In this document: positions 47,164 through 58,769 of the stretch, piece after piece
How positions within the stretch are numbered: position 1 is the stretch's first letter
Layout of the letters: every line of letters begins with the position of its first letter
Assembly (NCBI GenBank): GCA_008632985.1
Contig: QPGO01000013.1
Coordinates: 186,001-250,000, forward strand
DNA length: 64,000 nucleotides
Source of the DNA: Psammoneis japonica
Taxonomy: Eukaryota
Direction of reading: 5' to 3'
Made by a program: the position numbers and the translations under genes
The notes under the pieces: generated by a model
Database searches by the model: none
The model's input: the letters and a program-made list of their open reading frames with translations, nothing else
What the model was told of the DNA's origin: nothing

Positions 47164-49458
47164 TCACAATATTTCCGCGCTACTACTCAACATTTCGAGC
47201 GTTTCTGATCCAACTGTGTCTGTTTCACTATACGTTTTGCGACTTCGGAGGGCCCTCAACGTGCAAAACAGCAAAACGTTGCAGACAATACAAACAGAGA
47301 GAAGTGATACGGTCACAAGAAACCATGTTTGTTGAACAAATCTTGAATCCGACGTTGCTTGGATACAGTAGTGCACGTACGGAGGTAGCTCTCCCAACCG
47401 TCGGCAGTCCACTACATCAGCAAGGGCTCCGTTGAAAGCATCTGCCACGGCCTGAGGTCCGTCACGTACAGGTTTCCCATCTGGTGATACAACCATGTTC
47501 CGTTCAATGACGCTGGCAGCATCTCGATCGTATGCAGCTACGATGGGAAGGACCGAAAGTGCAAAAGTTTCTCCTGTTGCCAAGCCATCATTTGGTGCAT
47601 CGCCATTGTTTTCTTGAATCACGCTAGCAAATTTTAGCGTACTCTGTATAAGAGGCACAAGGAGTAGGTTCTGGAGTTTCTCAACCGTCCACTCCAAGCG
47701 ATCACAGGCAAGCGCTTCAAGCTCTCCTTTACCAGCAAAGAGAAGGTTTTCCAGCTCTGAATTCACTTTGGCGTATCCCCTAGAATTGACCGTGTTGAAC
47801 TCAAAGGCCCTCTTATTGGCTAGATTCCAAAACAGGACACCGTCGCCCGAGTTCGATGACGATCCCTCGAGAGAGCCAATCAAATATGCTGCAGCGGCAT
47901 CCCACAAGTGTTCGTTCACCTTGCCATCGTTGCAGTCTTGTACGACAGTTGCCATTTCTGTCAGTGCGTACAGGTACAAAATATGAAATGCGCATGTCTT
48001 CACCACAACTTCGGTCCGTCTGAGTGTCGATCCAAACTCGTCCTCGCTGCCCCACTTGCCCGTTCCACTCAAGGTATTCATGACTAAATTATCGGCGTAC
48101 CGGGGATCGTCGTGATACTCTGTAAAATACGAATAAAAGGGCTCCGCTAGCTGACGACTCGGTAAAGTGGCCAGCTCATGCAAGGACTTGACCGTGTACG
48201 AGTCATTCTGGTGAGTCCGCTTCATGAAAGCGTTCCGGCCGAATCTGTACAAGAGCTTGGCAAAGTCGAACGATTCATTGGATGTCAAAATACCAAGTTG
48301 GTAAACATCCAAGTCGATCCTAGTTTGTGCCTTTACTCGTGTTGTGGCTGTATAGTCGGCGAGTGGAAAACTTGGCGAGGCATGCCTGTCATTATTGCAC
48401 TGCCACATGTCATCAGCCAGGTAGATCCCGACTTCTTGACAAGCGATCCCCAAGCAGTCAAGCGCAAGTGTCAAGTCATCCAAAATCTCTGGAAGGTTCC
48501 CAAAGTTAAAGTCTCGTTCCAACAACTCGTCTTTTAGCCTTTGAAACAATGACGGACGACATTGCGATACCTGCGGAACAACAGCAAGAGCATATATTGC
48601 TGCTTGCTCTGAATTGCGTTCAATCAGTGAACGAATCAGCATTTGGACGAGTGGTATTGTCATTTGCGTCACCATTCGTTGTACCACATTCCATAGTTCT
48701 GGTACAGAGTTCTGATTGCGCTTTAGACAGGCGTGATTCGCCGCCAGTATGCCACTGCCTTCCTTGTACAAGAGCCTGAGCTGTGCATTCACTCGCGCTT
48801 CTGGGTTACTCTTTCCAAACATTGCCCCGGCCTCTTGAGTCAAAGTGTACAATGTATGCTCGTGAATCATACCAGAGGGTTGATTTGGACCCATCCACAG
48901 CGCCATAAACTCATCCATACCGCCTCCGCCAAGTTCAATCACGTCGGGTAAATCGGCTACACTTTTTTTCTGACACTTGTCAACTCCCTGATAGAGCAAG
49001 TGTGTTGCATACATCCATTCAATCAATACAAGAATGGCAGGAGATACAATTCGACGACGATTAGATTTGCTAATGCTGGATTGAACAAATGAATCTCCGT
49101 AGAGTGCAACATTATGAAAGCCAAGGTCCGACAGTCCCTGCAATTGATAAATATAATTCGGAGTCTTGGTTCCCTTGAGCTCGACACTGAGTGACCGGAG
49201 ACTCCGTTGGGGTGGAGCGGCTTCTGAATACAATAACTTTGCGGTAACACTATCACCGCTCTGCATCAATTCGTGAACGTTTGCCACGTTCAGGGCAAGG
49301 TTGGCCCATTCTTGAACATTGGTTCTTGTTTCAATGCCACCGCCCAACAACGTTGTTGTTGCCGCAGCAGCAAACGTGCAGAACGACAAGGCGAGAACAA
49401 GTAGTCTCTGCTGCGCTTTTGTCATTATCACAAAACAGATATCTTTTTTTACAGGCAA
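47164..49458 (-). CDS. FEA1 / low-iron-inducible periplasmic protein-like, two tandem domains with C-terminal membrane anchor
   Basis: Signal peptide; repeated DEFMALWMG / WDAAAAYLIGSLEG and MTIPLVQ / LLVPLIQ motifs recalled from this family; C-terminal hydrophobic helix. Confidence 0.7.
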   Translation of the reverse strand: MPVKKDICFVIMTKAQQRLLVLALSFCTFAAAATTTLLGGGIETRTNVQEWANLALNVANVHELMQSGDSVTAKLLYSEAAPPQRSLRSLSVELKGTKTPNYIYQLQGLSDLGFHNVALYGDSFVQSSISKSNRRRIVSPAILVLIEWMYATHLLYQGVDKCQKKSVADLPDVIELGGGGMDEFMALWMGPNQPSGMIHEHTLYTLTQEAGAMFGKSNPEARVNAQLRLLYKEGSGILAANHACLKRNQNSVPELWNVVQRMVTQMTIPLVQMLIRSLIERNSEQAAIYALAVVPQVSQCRPSLFQRLKDELLERDFNFGNLPEILDDLTLALDCLGIACQEVGIYLADDMWQCNNDRHASPSFPLADYTATTRVKAQTRIDLDVYQLGILTSNESFDFAKLLYRFGRNAFMKRTHQNDSYTVKSLHELATLPSRQLAEPFYSYFTEYHDDPRYADNLVMNTLSGTGKWGSEDEFGSTLRRTEVVVKTCAFHILYLYALTEMATVVQDCNDGKVNEHLWDAAAAYLIGSLEGSSSNSGDGVLFWNLANKRAFEFNTVNSRGYAKVNSELENLLFAGKGELEALACDRLEWTVEKLQNLLLVPLIQSTLKFASVIQENNGDAPNDGLATGETFALSVLPIVAAYDRDAASVIERNMVVSPDGKPVRDGPQAVADAFNGALADVVDCRRLGELPPYVHYCIQATSDSRFVQQTWFLVTVSLLSVCIVCNVLLFCTLRALRSRKTYSETDTVGSETLEMLSSSAEIL

Positions 49459-49807
49459 TGCGATACAGCTCCAATGGTATGATTAGGCTTTCATCAAAGT
49501 GCTTCTGGTTGTTGTTGTAAACGATGTGTTGTTGTTACAAAATTGAGAAGGAAAAATGAAAAATGAATCGTGCGAGATCTCTGACCAAGCGATAAAAACG
49601 ACAAAAACTGAGCATTACGGAATATTATCCAGCCAAACCAACTCCCGGACAAGACATTTTTTTTTTTCCGATGCGAATTTGGATGTCACCCAACGAGAAT
49701 TCTGAAGAACAGAACGATGATTTTTGCGAGTTTCAGCGATCGACAGCGATTTCTTCACGTAGACTCTAGTGTGATTTGCACATAAAAAAACACATAAGTG
49801 ATTCAAC

Positions 49808-51402
49808 ATGAGCGACAACATCTCGAGCAAGGTTGAGGAAGACTTAGAGTCTCCAGATGACTCTTCTTTGATCGACTCAGCTTCATTTGAGTCAGAGGAA
49901 GCTGACGAAGCGTCCTGGGAGGAAACGGGCAGTAATCCCATAGTTGACGGCGACGTTTCTGCTGTCAAAGAATCTTCTGGCGATGATGAGAACGTCATGC
50001 CTTTGCCGAGGATGATTCCAAGGCCCCCCAAGAGGCCTGCTGATGGTCAAGACGACCGCAGTCCATCCAACAAGCGTTCGAAGCAATCAGGGGGGTCGAA
50101 ACCTCGCAACCCCCTTGCGGAAAGGAGCTTCAACAAGATCCAGTGGAAGCTCGAGCGCGCTGAAGCGGCGCTCGTCGCTCAGCAGGAAGAAGCTGACGCC
50201 AACGACCACGCCGCTGCCAAGGCAGCCAGAGCCAGCGAACAAAAGCTCTCCAAGGTTGTGGAGCAGCTGGAAGGAAAGAAGGAGATCATTGCAAACACCA
50301 AGAAAGAAGTTGCACAGCTGAAGAAGGAGGTGGCAGCTTCGAAGAGGAAAGTCACCGCTCTGGAGCGGAGCTTGGCTGCTTCTGAGCTTAAAGCAGCAAG
50401 CGTGGATGCCAAGTTTCAGGCTTTGAAGTCTGTCAAGACGGATGCACAGCGGAGTTTGAGCCAGCTCAGGAAGGATCTGTTGTCAGAAGAGAAAAAGAGT
50501 GCCAAGCTGACTGAAAAAGGAGAGGAATGCCGCCGTGCCATCGCTCAGAGAGATGCGGAGATGTCTGAGTGTAAAGCCAAGGTGAGGTCGCTTCAAGCTT
50601 TGGAGCATGAGAACAGTCGTGTGAAGCTGCAGTTGGTGGCGGATCGAACCGAGAAAAGGGAACATGAGCGAGCAATGGCTCAATTTAAGTTGGAAGGGAT
50701 GAAGCATGCGTCCATCAAGCGGCAGGAGGAAATGAAGATGAAGCTGGAGAAAGAAGCCGTCGTGCTTAAAGGAAAAAATTTTCTCCTGGAAAACAAGTCG
50801 AGACTCAAGCAAGAGGACAAAGAGAGAGCAAAAGGAAGGACAAGGAGCGCAAGGACAGGCTAGAATCTGCAAACGCTAGAATCGCCATTGCCAGTGGAAT
50901 GAGTGGTCTGGGTTTTGCCAACCAAGGCATTTTGCAGTCGGCAAGTGTGCGCAAGTGTCCTGAAATGTCTCATTTGTTTGCATTGATCTGATGCTTTCAT
51001 TGTTGGTCATGCCAGGCACTCCTTGATCGCCAGTGGCAACAGCTGAACGAGGTTCCGCCGGGAGCATCTTTCGGCGCTCCGACTTTTCAGAATGCAGCGG
51101 CACCTGCTCAGGCTGCTGCTGGACCTCCTGCGCCTGCTCAGGCTGCTGCCAGACCTCCTGCGCCTGCTCAGGCTGCTGCTGGACCTCCTTTGCTTCTTCC
51201 TGATGGCTGGAAGGAAGCCAAGGATCCAGCAACAGGGAAAAGCTGTTGCTTCAACCAGTTGTTGGGGAAGACAATGTGGGATCATCCGTTGCCGCCGCCG
51301 CCGCCGCCTCCTCCGCCGCCGCCGTCGCCTCCGCAGGTTCCTCCTCCCCCACCCCCTCCAGATCCTTCTCTCAACTCAAAGGCAACCTCCAAAAAAGGGT
51401 GA
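49808..51402 (+). pseudogene. Transposon accessory gene: acidic N-terminus, long coiled coil, Ala/Pro repeat, WW domain, polyproline
   Basis: ORF 49808-50863 continues after a 1-nt frameshift (~50830) and a putative intron 50941-51015 (GCAAGT..GCCAG) into LPDGWKEAKDPATGKSCCFNQLLGKTMWDHP, a WW domain with YY->CC. Confidence 0.7.
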
Positions 51403-51730
51403 CTCACTTTCAACAGCGATTTGGTGCGAAATGCATTCTGTCATCGGCCGCATTGCTTCTGGGAATGCCGTTGGTGACACACAATTTTAGGAATCCATTG
51501 TGCATGACTGCTTTGTCACACTGCAACATCACAATTGTGACACATCCAGACAGTGCTGCAGCATTTGCATTTGCTCTATCTCCAGTGCTGTTGCAATGAC
51601 TCTAGCGTGTGTTCACCGAAAATTGTCGTTCGAAGCATTAGATCCATTGTCGTTTCCTTGTTCACGACTCGTTCTTGACAATGCAATTGCAACATGCCCA
51701 GACAGCAGTGCCATTGTAACTGCATTTGCT

Positions 51731-52870
51731 CTAGTGGCCAGTGCCATTGCAATTACTGTCTACCTGGCATCCACAGAAAATCATCGTTTGAAGCATGAGA
51801 TCCACCGTCATTTCATCAAGAATCTGCCGAACGAAGCACATGATGGCATCCTGATGTGGACGTGGCAAAACAAGGCCAAAGCCTTTCAAACGCTGGACCA
51901 ATGTTCGGAACATGAGCTCAATGGGGTTTAACTCTGGTGAGCATCTTGGAAGACACACCACCAACACATTCATGGGATTTCCGTCGGGACCCACCGTGTT
52001 CCACAGCAAATCTTGAAGTGTGTCGGCATCCCCGGCCTTGTGGATGGTGCAATTGTCCAAGATTAATGTGTCAAAGCGATTGAACCATCCAGATGCCAAC
52101 AACTGCTCCACAAATGCAACAAACGCCGCGCTCGTCCCATTGTCCTCCCCGACTGTGTGCGTGATGGGAGCTTTTGTTGCATCAACCCCCACGCACGCGA
52201 GAAGATTGCAACTCTTCCAAAAGTCCCCGTCAACCACGACATTGTCACATGTTCCACTGACAGGGTTAACACGGGCCTTCCTTGAGAAAAAATCTCCCCC
52301 TTCAAGATGCTTTTCGTCGGCAAACTTGAATCACAAGGGATTGAGTTGCGACACGAACTGCACGAAGTCACAGCAGTGCGCAATGTTTTCTGGTCTGAAT
52401 TTGTCAAGTGGAACATTGCTGGTTGCTTTGAATTTTCCTTTGAAGGCAAACCTTGAAGCAAACCATTCTGAGATGAATGATGGAGACACAATGGTGCCTG
52501 TGGCTGCGAACAGCTCTCGTACATGGCTCTCGTTCGTTCTTGTTGAATCTACGAAACGAAGCCAAAGAAGAAAGCTTTCCTCCTCTGGTGTCAAACAAAT
52601 GCTTCCAACACCTTGACACCGCTGTTGTCGACTTCTCAATTCATTAGGGTGCATCACCATGCCCTTGATGTCTGCTTCATTCTTGATTTTGTCGGCAAAA
52701 TCCCAGCCAACCTTGCAAGCTCTTGCAAGCGCAGCGGTGTCGGGGACTTCTCCAAGCGTCGTTTTTAGCTCTTCATACACCCTTGCAACCTCTAACTTCT
52801 TTAGGTATGGGCATGACTTTCCGGGAGCATAGATTCCACCATTGGAATTGATTTCAAACCTTTCAGTCAT
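51731..52870 (-). pseudogene. DDE transposase (IS630/Tc1-like) with one in-frame TGA
   Basis: FADEKH, LILDNCTIH and CLPRCSPELNPIELMF; ORFs 52331-52975 and 51731-52237 are in the same frame, separated by TGA at 52331-52333. Confidence 0.9.
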
Positions 52871-53716
52871 GCTGACAATCCTCGGAAAACTCGGTTTCAG
52901 CACCGCTCTTGAAAACTGCCTCCCGCTTTTCACACGCTCCACCTTGTCGAGCAGGACTTCAAAATCAAATAGCATGTTAAAAGAAGCACTCTTTAGAGTA
53001 TATGTCTTGGCCGAAACATCGGTGGGATGGTTGTTGTCTCACCGTACGCTTGCCGGCCATGGTGCAAAGAAAACTTTGACAGGCGAGCCCGTGCATGATT
53101 TGCTCCTCTGACGCTTCTTCGAAAAAAAGCAGCGCGTGCATCCAACGAGAAGCCGTGACTCGCATCCAAGATTATTTGACCCCACGTAGAATTGTACGCG
53201 TCCGGGAGTTGGTTTGGCTGGATAATAATCAGCATTGTATACATCTTCGAGGATAAAATGTATAATTCTCGAATACAAACATTTGATTGCTCGCCATTTT
53301 TCAAAATTCATTCGGTATTTTTCTCGACTTGGGTGTTGACAAAGCTAAACAACCTTGTTGTGTAGATAAACAAATGTCATAACATGTCATCAATAAAAAG
53401 AAGGATTTCATGAATGAGAGGTTCAAAGTGCTAATGTAAGAAGCACTAAGTATTTTCACCACAAGTAGTGTAGAAGTACTAACTCGTCAGGAATAGAAGA
53501 GCAAGTAGATTGAAGGTTGCTTTATCCCGCCCTCGGTATTTAATCCTACAGAAGAGAGCTGTAGACAGAGTGAACGAGACATGATACTAGTGCACGATGC
53601 GCTAGCTTGATGCAGTAGCTGGTAACAAGTTCAGAAAGCGAAGGAGTACCTCAACATCAAAACTAGGATCAAAACGAACAACTAATGTGATTTGTATAAC
53701 TTTAGTTTATTCATGT

Positions 53717-54277
53717 TTATCCCACCTTCACAAAACGGCGCTTGGCGGCTTGCTTCTTGGTGATCTTAACACGCTCTTCCTCCTCGTCTTCCGCCTTTTC
53801 AACACCCTCGGGCTTTTCCGTAAGAATGAGTTCAATGTGAGCGGGTTGACTGGCATACTTTCCAATACGTCCGTGCGCTCTGTATGTACGACGACGTCCA
53901 GCGGGAGCACGATTCACCTGCGCATGGCTAATTACGAGAAGATCGGGATCAAGCCCCTTGGTCTCTCCGTTGGCAATGGCATTCGAGAGCAAATCCTTGT
54001 ACACAGCCATGGCCTTGACGGGCCACCTACCCTTGGAACCGGGCGTTTTCGATTGCTTGGCTTGTGCCTTGCGTCCGACACCACCGGTAAACTTGACAAA
54101 GGGAACGACAGACTTGAAGGCGAGAACGTCGTCGCAAAACTTGAGCGCCTTGTTCACGTTCATCCCCTTGGTGTGATGGGCGATTTCACGGCAGTGCTTA
54201 AAGTGAACCCGGAGGTGAGAGCCACGAGACTTGCTCGTCTTCTCGGCAGCATCTGGCTCGACACTGTAACGGACCAT
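53717..54277 (-). CDS. RPL17: 60S ribosomal protein L17 (uL22)
   Basis: SRGSHLRVHFKH, GRWPVKA and RRRTYRAHGRI. Confidence 0.97.
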   Translation of the reverse strand: MVRYSVEPDAAEKTSKSRGSHLRVHFKHCREIAHHTKGMNVNKALKFCDDVLAFKSVVPFVKFTGGVGRKAQAKQSKTPGSKGRWPVKAMAVYKDLLSNAIANGETKGLDPDLLVISHAQVNRAPAGRRRTYRAHGRIGKYASQPAHIELILTEKPEGVEKAEDEEEERVKITKKQAAKRRFVKVG

Positions 54278-55041
54278 TGTGAAATAGAGCTGTGGTGTGT
54301 GCAAGAAAAGGCAGAGTAGTGAGTAAGAGTATCGGTATTTTTATTCGTCATGAGATCAACGCCGCCGAGAAAGAAATTTTCAGGTCCGTCCGTCAGCTCA
54401 AACGACGACACGACACTTTTTTGCATCATGATGAACGCAACCAGCATTGCATCGAACTTAAGCTACTCTTCGTTGTTGCTTTGTTGTAATTATCATATAT
54501 CCTTCCATCCGCAACTGCAAAGCAAAAAAAGTCCGCCGTCGTCAAACGATTCCCATGGTCTCACCTGCTTTTTCCTGAAATGGAAAATGTGCGGCAGCAA
54601 GGAGTACCACGGAAAGTCAACGCACGTAGAAAACTCGTACGTTTCTACGGTGAAAATCATAAGTAAGTGGTAGCTCGACAGGACCGTGCCGTCTGCCCAT
54701 CGTGCTTCGTCTGTCAGTCGAAAAGTCAACCAACAGAATTCGACTCACTCGACTCTTCATGAGAGAATGCGCAAACCTGTTCGTTTTCAAAAAATGTCCG
54801 TTGAGCTTCGTACTATCGTCCAATTTGACACGCGTGGCTATAATTGAGAACCCCACTTTTCAAAAAACATAATCTTGACCTGACAACATGAAGTATTCAG
54901 AGCCGAATGAAAGTCATTGATCGGCCGTTAATCTGAAAGTCGTTGTCACACATGAAAGCACCTCGATCTCACATCATCATCATTTTTCGCTGAAAAAGTA
55001 CCAGTACATAATTTAGAAGGAGAGAATATATTGATTGCACC

Positions 55042-57182
55042 ATGGTATCACCTAGTAGACAATTTTGGAGAAGAAATATCGGGATCGCGCTTTGTTTCGC
55101 GGCGGTGTCGTCCGTTGCTTTGGCGGATCGAATTGTCGTTGAACAAACACAACAAAATGGCGACGACAAGGTGCTGACACGGCAAAGGCAATTAAGAGGA
55201 GGAGAAATGCTGTTTAACTTTGGAAAGGAGGACGGGATGGTTCACAACGAGAAGGACAGCAACTCAAACAATCGATTTCTAATGGAAGCCAACAGCATGG
55301 CCGACCGTCCTAATACACCCCATCAAAGACGATTGAATTGGGGAGAACTAGTATCCGCTTTTGATAAAGAGGATGGAGTGGTAGACAACAAAGAAGATGG
55401 AAACTTTTATGAACGATTTCTAATGGAAATGAGCAGCAGCATGACCGACGGTCCCACTCCGGCTCCACGACCCGATCCAACTCTTCCTCCAGCTCCGACG
55501 CGACCGCCATTTGCTGATTCTACACCGTCTCCCACAGTAGCCCCAACCTTGGAGCCAATACCAGATGGTACCTTTAGCCCAACATCAGGTCCTACTCTGT
55601 CGCCAACTCCATCACCAACTTCAAACCCGACAAGTGCAACGAGTACGTCGCCGACTACACTACCGACATTTGCTGATTCTACACCGTCTCCAACAGTAGC
55701 CCCCTCATTGGAGCCAATTCCAGACGATACGTTTGGCCCGACATCAGGTCCTACTCTGCCGCCAACTTCAAGCCCAACATCTTCACCAACTACGTCGCCA
55801 ACAACACCATCATCAACCTCTAGCCCAACATCAATGGCACCCACTGTATGCGGAGGTCTTTCACCGGCACAGCGAGAGAGCGAGATTTTTCAAAATATCG
55901 TCAATGCCGGCATTTCATCCGCACAAGATCTTGTCGACAATTCTACTAGTCAAAATGAAGCCTTTACTTGGCTCATTCATAACGACGGCGCCCAGGTTTG
56001 TCCTGATGATACACTGGATGTGTCGCAACGATACATTTTGGCTGTGTTGTATTTTAGCACAAATGGAAATGGCTGGCTCAATTGCAGTCAGTCCTCGACT
56101 CCTCAATCAAGCGAATGTGATGTTAGTGCCAGATGGCTAAGTGGAGACGATGTCTGCGAGTGGTTTGGTATAGAATGCCTCTTGGTCACTACAGGTGCTG
56201 TTTTGACAGTCAGGTTAGGTAAGTAACTCCAGTTCTATGTCGCTGCTCGGTTTCCAATCGTTGCCTAACTCTGTTGTGCGTAATTCTTATTTACTCCCAA
56301 AACAGACAAGAATGGCTTGAGCGGCATCCTTCCCGACGAGGTTGGATTTCTTCCTAGTCTAGAAGAATTTGATGTGGATGGCAATCTCAATATTGCCGGT
56401 AGCATTCCAACCACGTTTGGGCAGCTTCAGAATCTTCGTGACTTTGATGTCGACGACAATATCATTACCGGTGAGATTCCCGATGAAATGTATAATGTAT
56501 CATCATTGAACAATTTTGACATCAGTGGCAATCAAATGGTTGGAACCATTTCTAGCAAAATTGGATCTCTTGCGAGGCTGAGTTTCTTTCAAATTGGAAC
56601 CAATAATTTTACTGGACCTCTCCCGGACGAAGTTGGCGACATTGACGGATTAGGTACGTCAGAAAGAATTTTGCATGAGCGGCAAAACTGTGTTTTGGGT
56701 AGTTGACTCTCACTATTGGCTTCTCTTTTCAACCATAAGAATTCCTTGATACGAGCGTCAATTCGATGAACGGTAGTATCCCGCTGTCCATGCAAGCAAA
56801 CACCAATCTCAGGGAGCTCTTGCTTTTCGAAAATGAAATGACGGGAATTATTCCTTCTTTTATCGGCACCTTTACGCAATTGGAGGAACTAGCACTGCAT
56901 CTGAATCAATTTGTTGGCGGAGTTCCGACAGAATTGGGTCAATTGAGTCTATTGACCAACTTGGTGCTATATGACAATGAGCTTGCTGGACCCATTCCAT
57001 CCGAGCTAGGCTTGTTGTCCAATTTGAAAAATCTCGTTTTACATGGTAACAACCTGGTGGGTGCCATGCCGGACGAAGTGTGTGCCTTGAGGGCAGCAGG
57101 CACTCTGGAGCTGCTGACGGCGGATTGCACCGATGCAGAACAAAAGATTTCCTGTCCAGAAGGGTGTTGTGTGTGCATGTAG
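55042..57182 (+). CDS. Secreted/surface leucine-rich-repeat protein with Pro/Thr/Ser stalk
   Basis: Signal peptide, RQL/RRL motifs, PT-rich region, QRYILAVLYFST..W..CEWFGIEC cap, plant-type LRRs (LxGxIPxELGxL) and a C-terminal LTADC..C..CC cap; introns near 56220 and 56654. Confidence 0.92.
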
Positions 57183-57470
57183 ACATGTTCAATGTCATGG
57201 GACTAACGTAGAGAGGGTATATTTCATGCGATTCTGTTCTGTTCTGCCTCTGTGCCTTTAAAAGGCAGTGTCTTTAAGCTTCAATATGTCTGGGTAGAAA
57301 GTGCTTGATTTAGACGATGCATTACGTAGTCTACGTATCGACTTCCTACGCCGTAGCATGGAAAACTCGGACGACTAAAGTTAAATTAAAACTCTCGATG
57401 GTATCAGCACAACGGATGATCCAGAGAGCATCATGAACGTCTCACTACATAGTCAAATCACGATCCATCC

Positions 57471-58325
57471 TTATTCGCCTTCGGAAAGCTCGTCCAAGGC
57501 GGCCGTCGTGGCTGCATCCGGTGTTGTTCCGTCAAACAATCCTCCAGCATCGCCACCAGGAAATCCCGCTCCTCCCATACTTTCCATTGCTTGCGCCAAG
57601 TCGTTGGGGTCCATGTTTTTGTACATGTTGGCTGCTGCTTGCATGGCCTCTCTCCACGCATCGGGATTGTTAATTAACTCCTCCATGCCAGGCATGCTTG
57701 CCATCATGCCCTTGAGCATGGGATTTTGCAAAATCATTTGACGCGATTGTTCCAACCGTTCTGGGTCTTCCATGAATTCTTTGAAAATGGGTGAATCCAT
57801 CATGCTTTGCATCATGGCCATGCTCTCCTTCATGTCTGGCATTTTGCCGTCGGCGGGCATGTTCTTCATGAGCTCATCCATTTGCGATGGATCGACTCCG
57901 GCTTGTTTGAGCATATTTTGCATAAAATCTCCGTCGCCACTACTGCTGCTCGCCGATGATGAGGAAGCAACGTTTGCTTTTTTGGCAGCCGAAGCAACCG
58001 ATGTTGCGGACGACGAGCTCTTGTTGTTGCTCTTGGCTTTGCCAGGAACCAAATTAAGCTTTGCTCCGTCCTTGACACCCACATCGCTCAGCACATCCGA
58101 CGAGCCAAGACGTTTTCCATCAAACAAAACACGTCCCTGTTGCTTGATCTCAATACCCGATTCCTCTTTGATCTTTTCTTGCAATTCGCCAACGGTGGAA
58201 ACATCGGATACATCGTACTTTTTCCCACGAAGTGTCACGTGAAGGTTGGATACCGGCGGTACACACCAAACAAGACTAGCTCCGCCGAAAAGAAACAGCG
58301 TTCGTAGCGCTATGACTGTCTTCAT
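57471..58325 (-). CDS. Signal-peptide-bearing ubiquitin-like + STI1 protein (ubiquilin/Dsk2-like, no UBA)
   Basis: Hydrophobic N-terminus; UBL (TVGELQEKI..QQGRVLFDGKRL..LSDVGVKDGAKLNLV); Met-rich STI1-like repeats (MMDSP, LQNPML, INNPDAW). Confidence 0.8.
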   Translation of the reverse strand: MKTVIALRTLFLFGGASLVWCVPPVSNLHVTLRGKKYDVSDVSTVGELQEKIKEESGIEIKQQGRVLFDGKRLGSSDVLSDVGVKDGAKLNLVPGKAKSNNKSSSSATSVASAAKKANVASSSSASSSSGDGDFMQNMLKQAGVDPSQMDELMKNMPADGKMPDMKESMAMMQSMMDSPIFKEFMEDPERLEQSRQMILQNPMLKGMMASMPGMEELINNPDAWREAMQAAANMYKNMDPNDLAQAMESMGGAGFPGGDAGGLFDGTTPDAATTAALDELSEGE

Positions 58326-58769
58326 GCTTTTAAAAAGTGTAGCTGAGTTGAGATCGATGCTTACTTTGCTAGATGCTAGCCGATGAATTTATGAATGTTG
58401 TCGAGGTGAAATAATGTGATAGAGGATAGAGGAAGAAAATGTGATCGGCCGAACCGATCTTCCACGCGGCGGTGTCTGCAACGTGGTGGAGTTTGCTAGC
58501 AAAAAATCAAAACGTCGTACATTACGTACGAAGGGCTGAAGTAGAATTAGAGTGTCCCTTTCCAATTGTCGGCGGCAAGTTCTGACACCGACAGACTGGC
58601 TGGCGCGGGCGTCGGCATGAGTTTTTGGTTTTTGGCCGGTGTGCGTGTTCAGTGTGTTGCTTGCGTTGTCATTTGTCATCGTCAGGCCCGGTTGTATGCA
58701 ATGCATTCCAAGGCCTCGCTCCTTCGACAAAGTTGAACTACTAGAGATAAACAGAATCCTTATTTAGCA

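Larger units (their letters stand above)
49625..53225. mobile_element. IS630/Tc1/mariner-superfamily DNA transposon (3.6 kb) carrying two convergent genes
   Basis: Perfect 26-bp TIRs TTATCCAGCCAAACCAACTCCCGGAC (49625-49650; reverse complement 53200-53225), each flanked by TA; DDE transposase on the minus strand. Confidence 0.93.

Noticed and set aside
51500..51800. Degenerate ~155-bp duplication of the transposase 3' end
   Set aside because: Real but explained as a local tandem duplication within the transposon, with no separate function evident.
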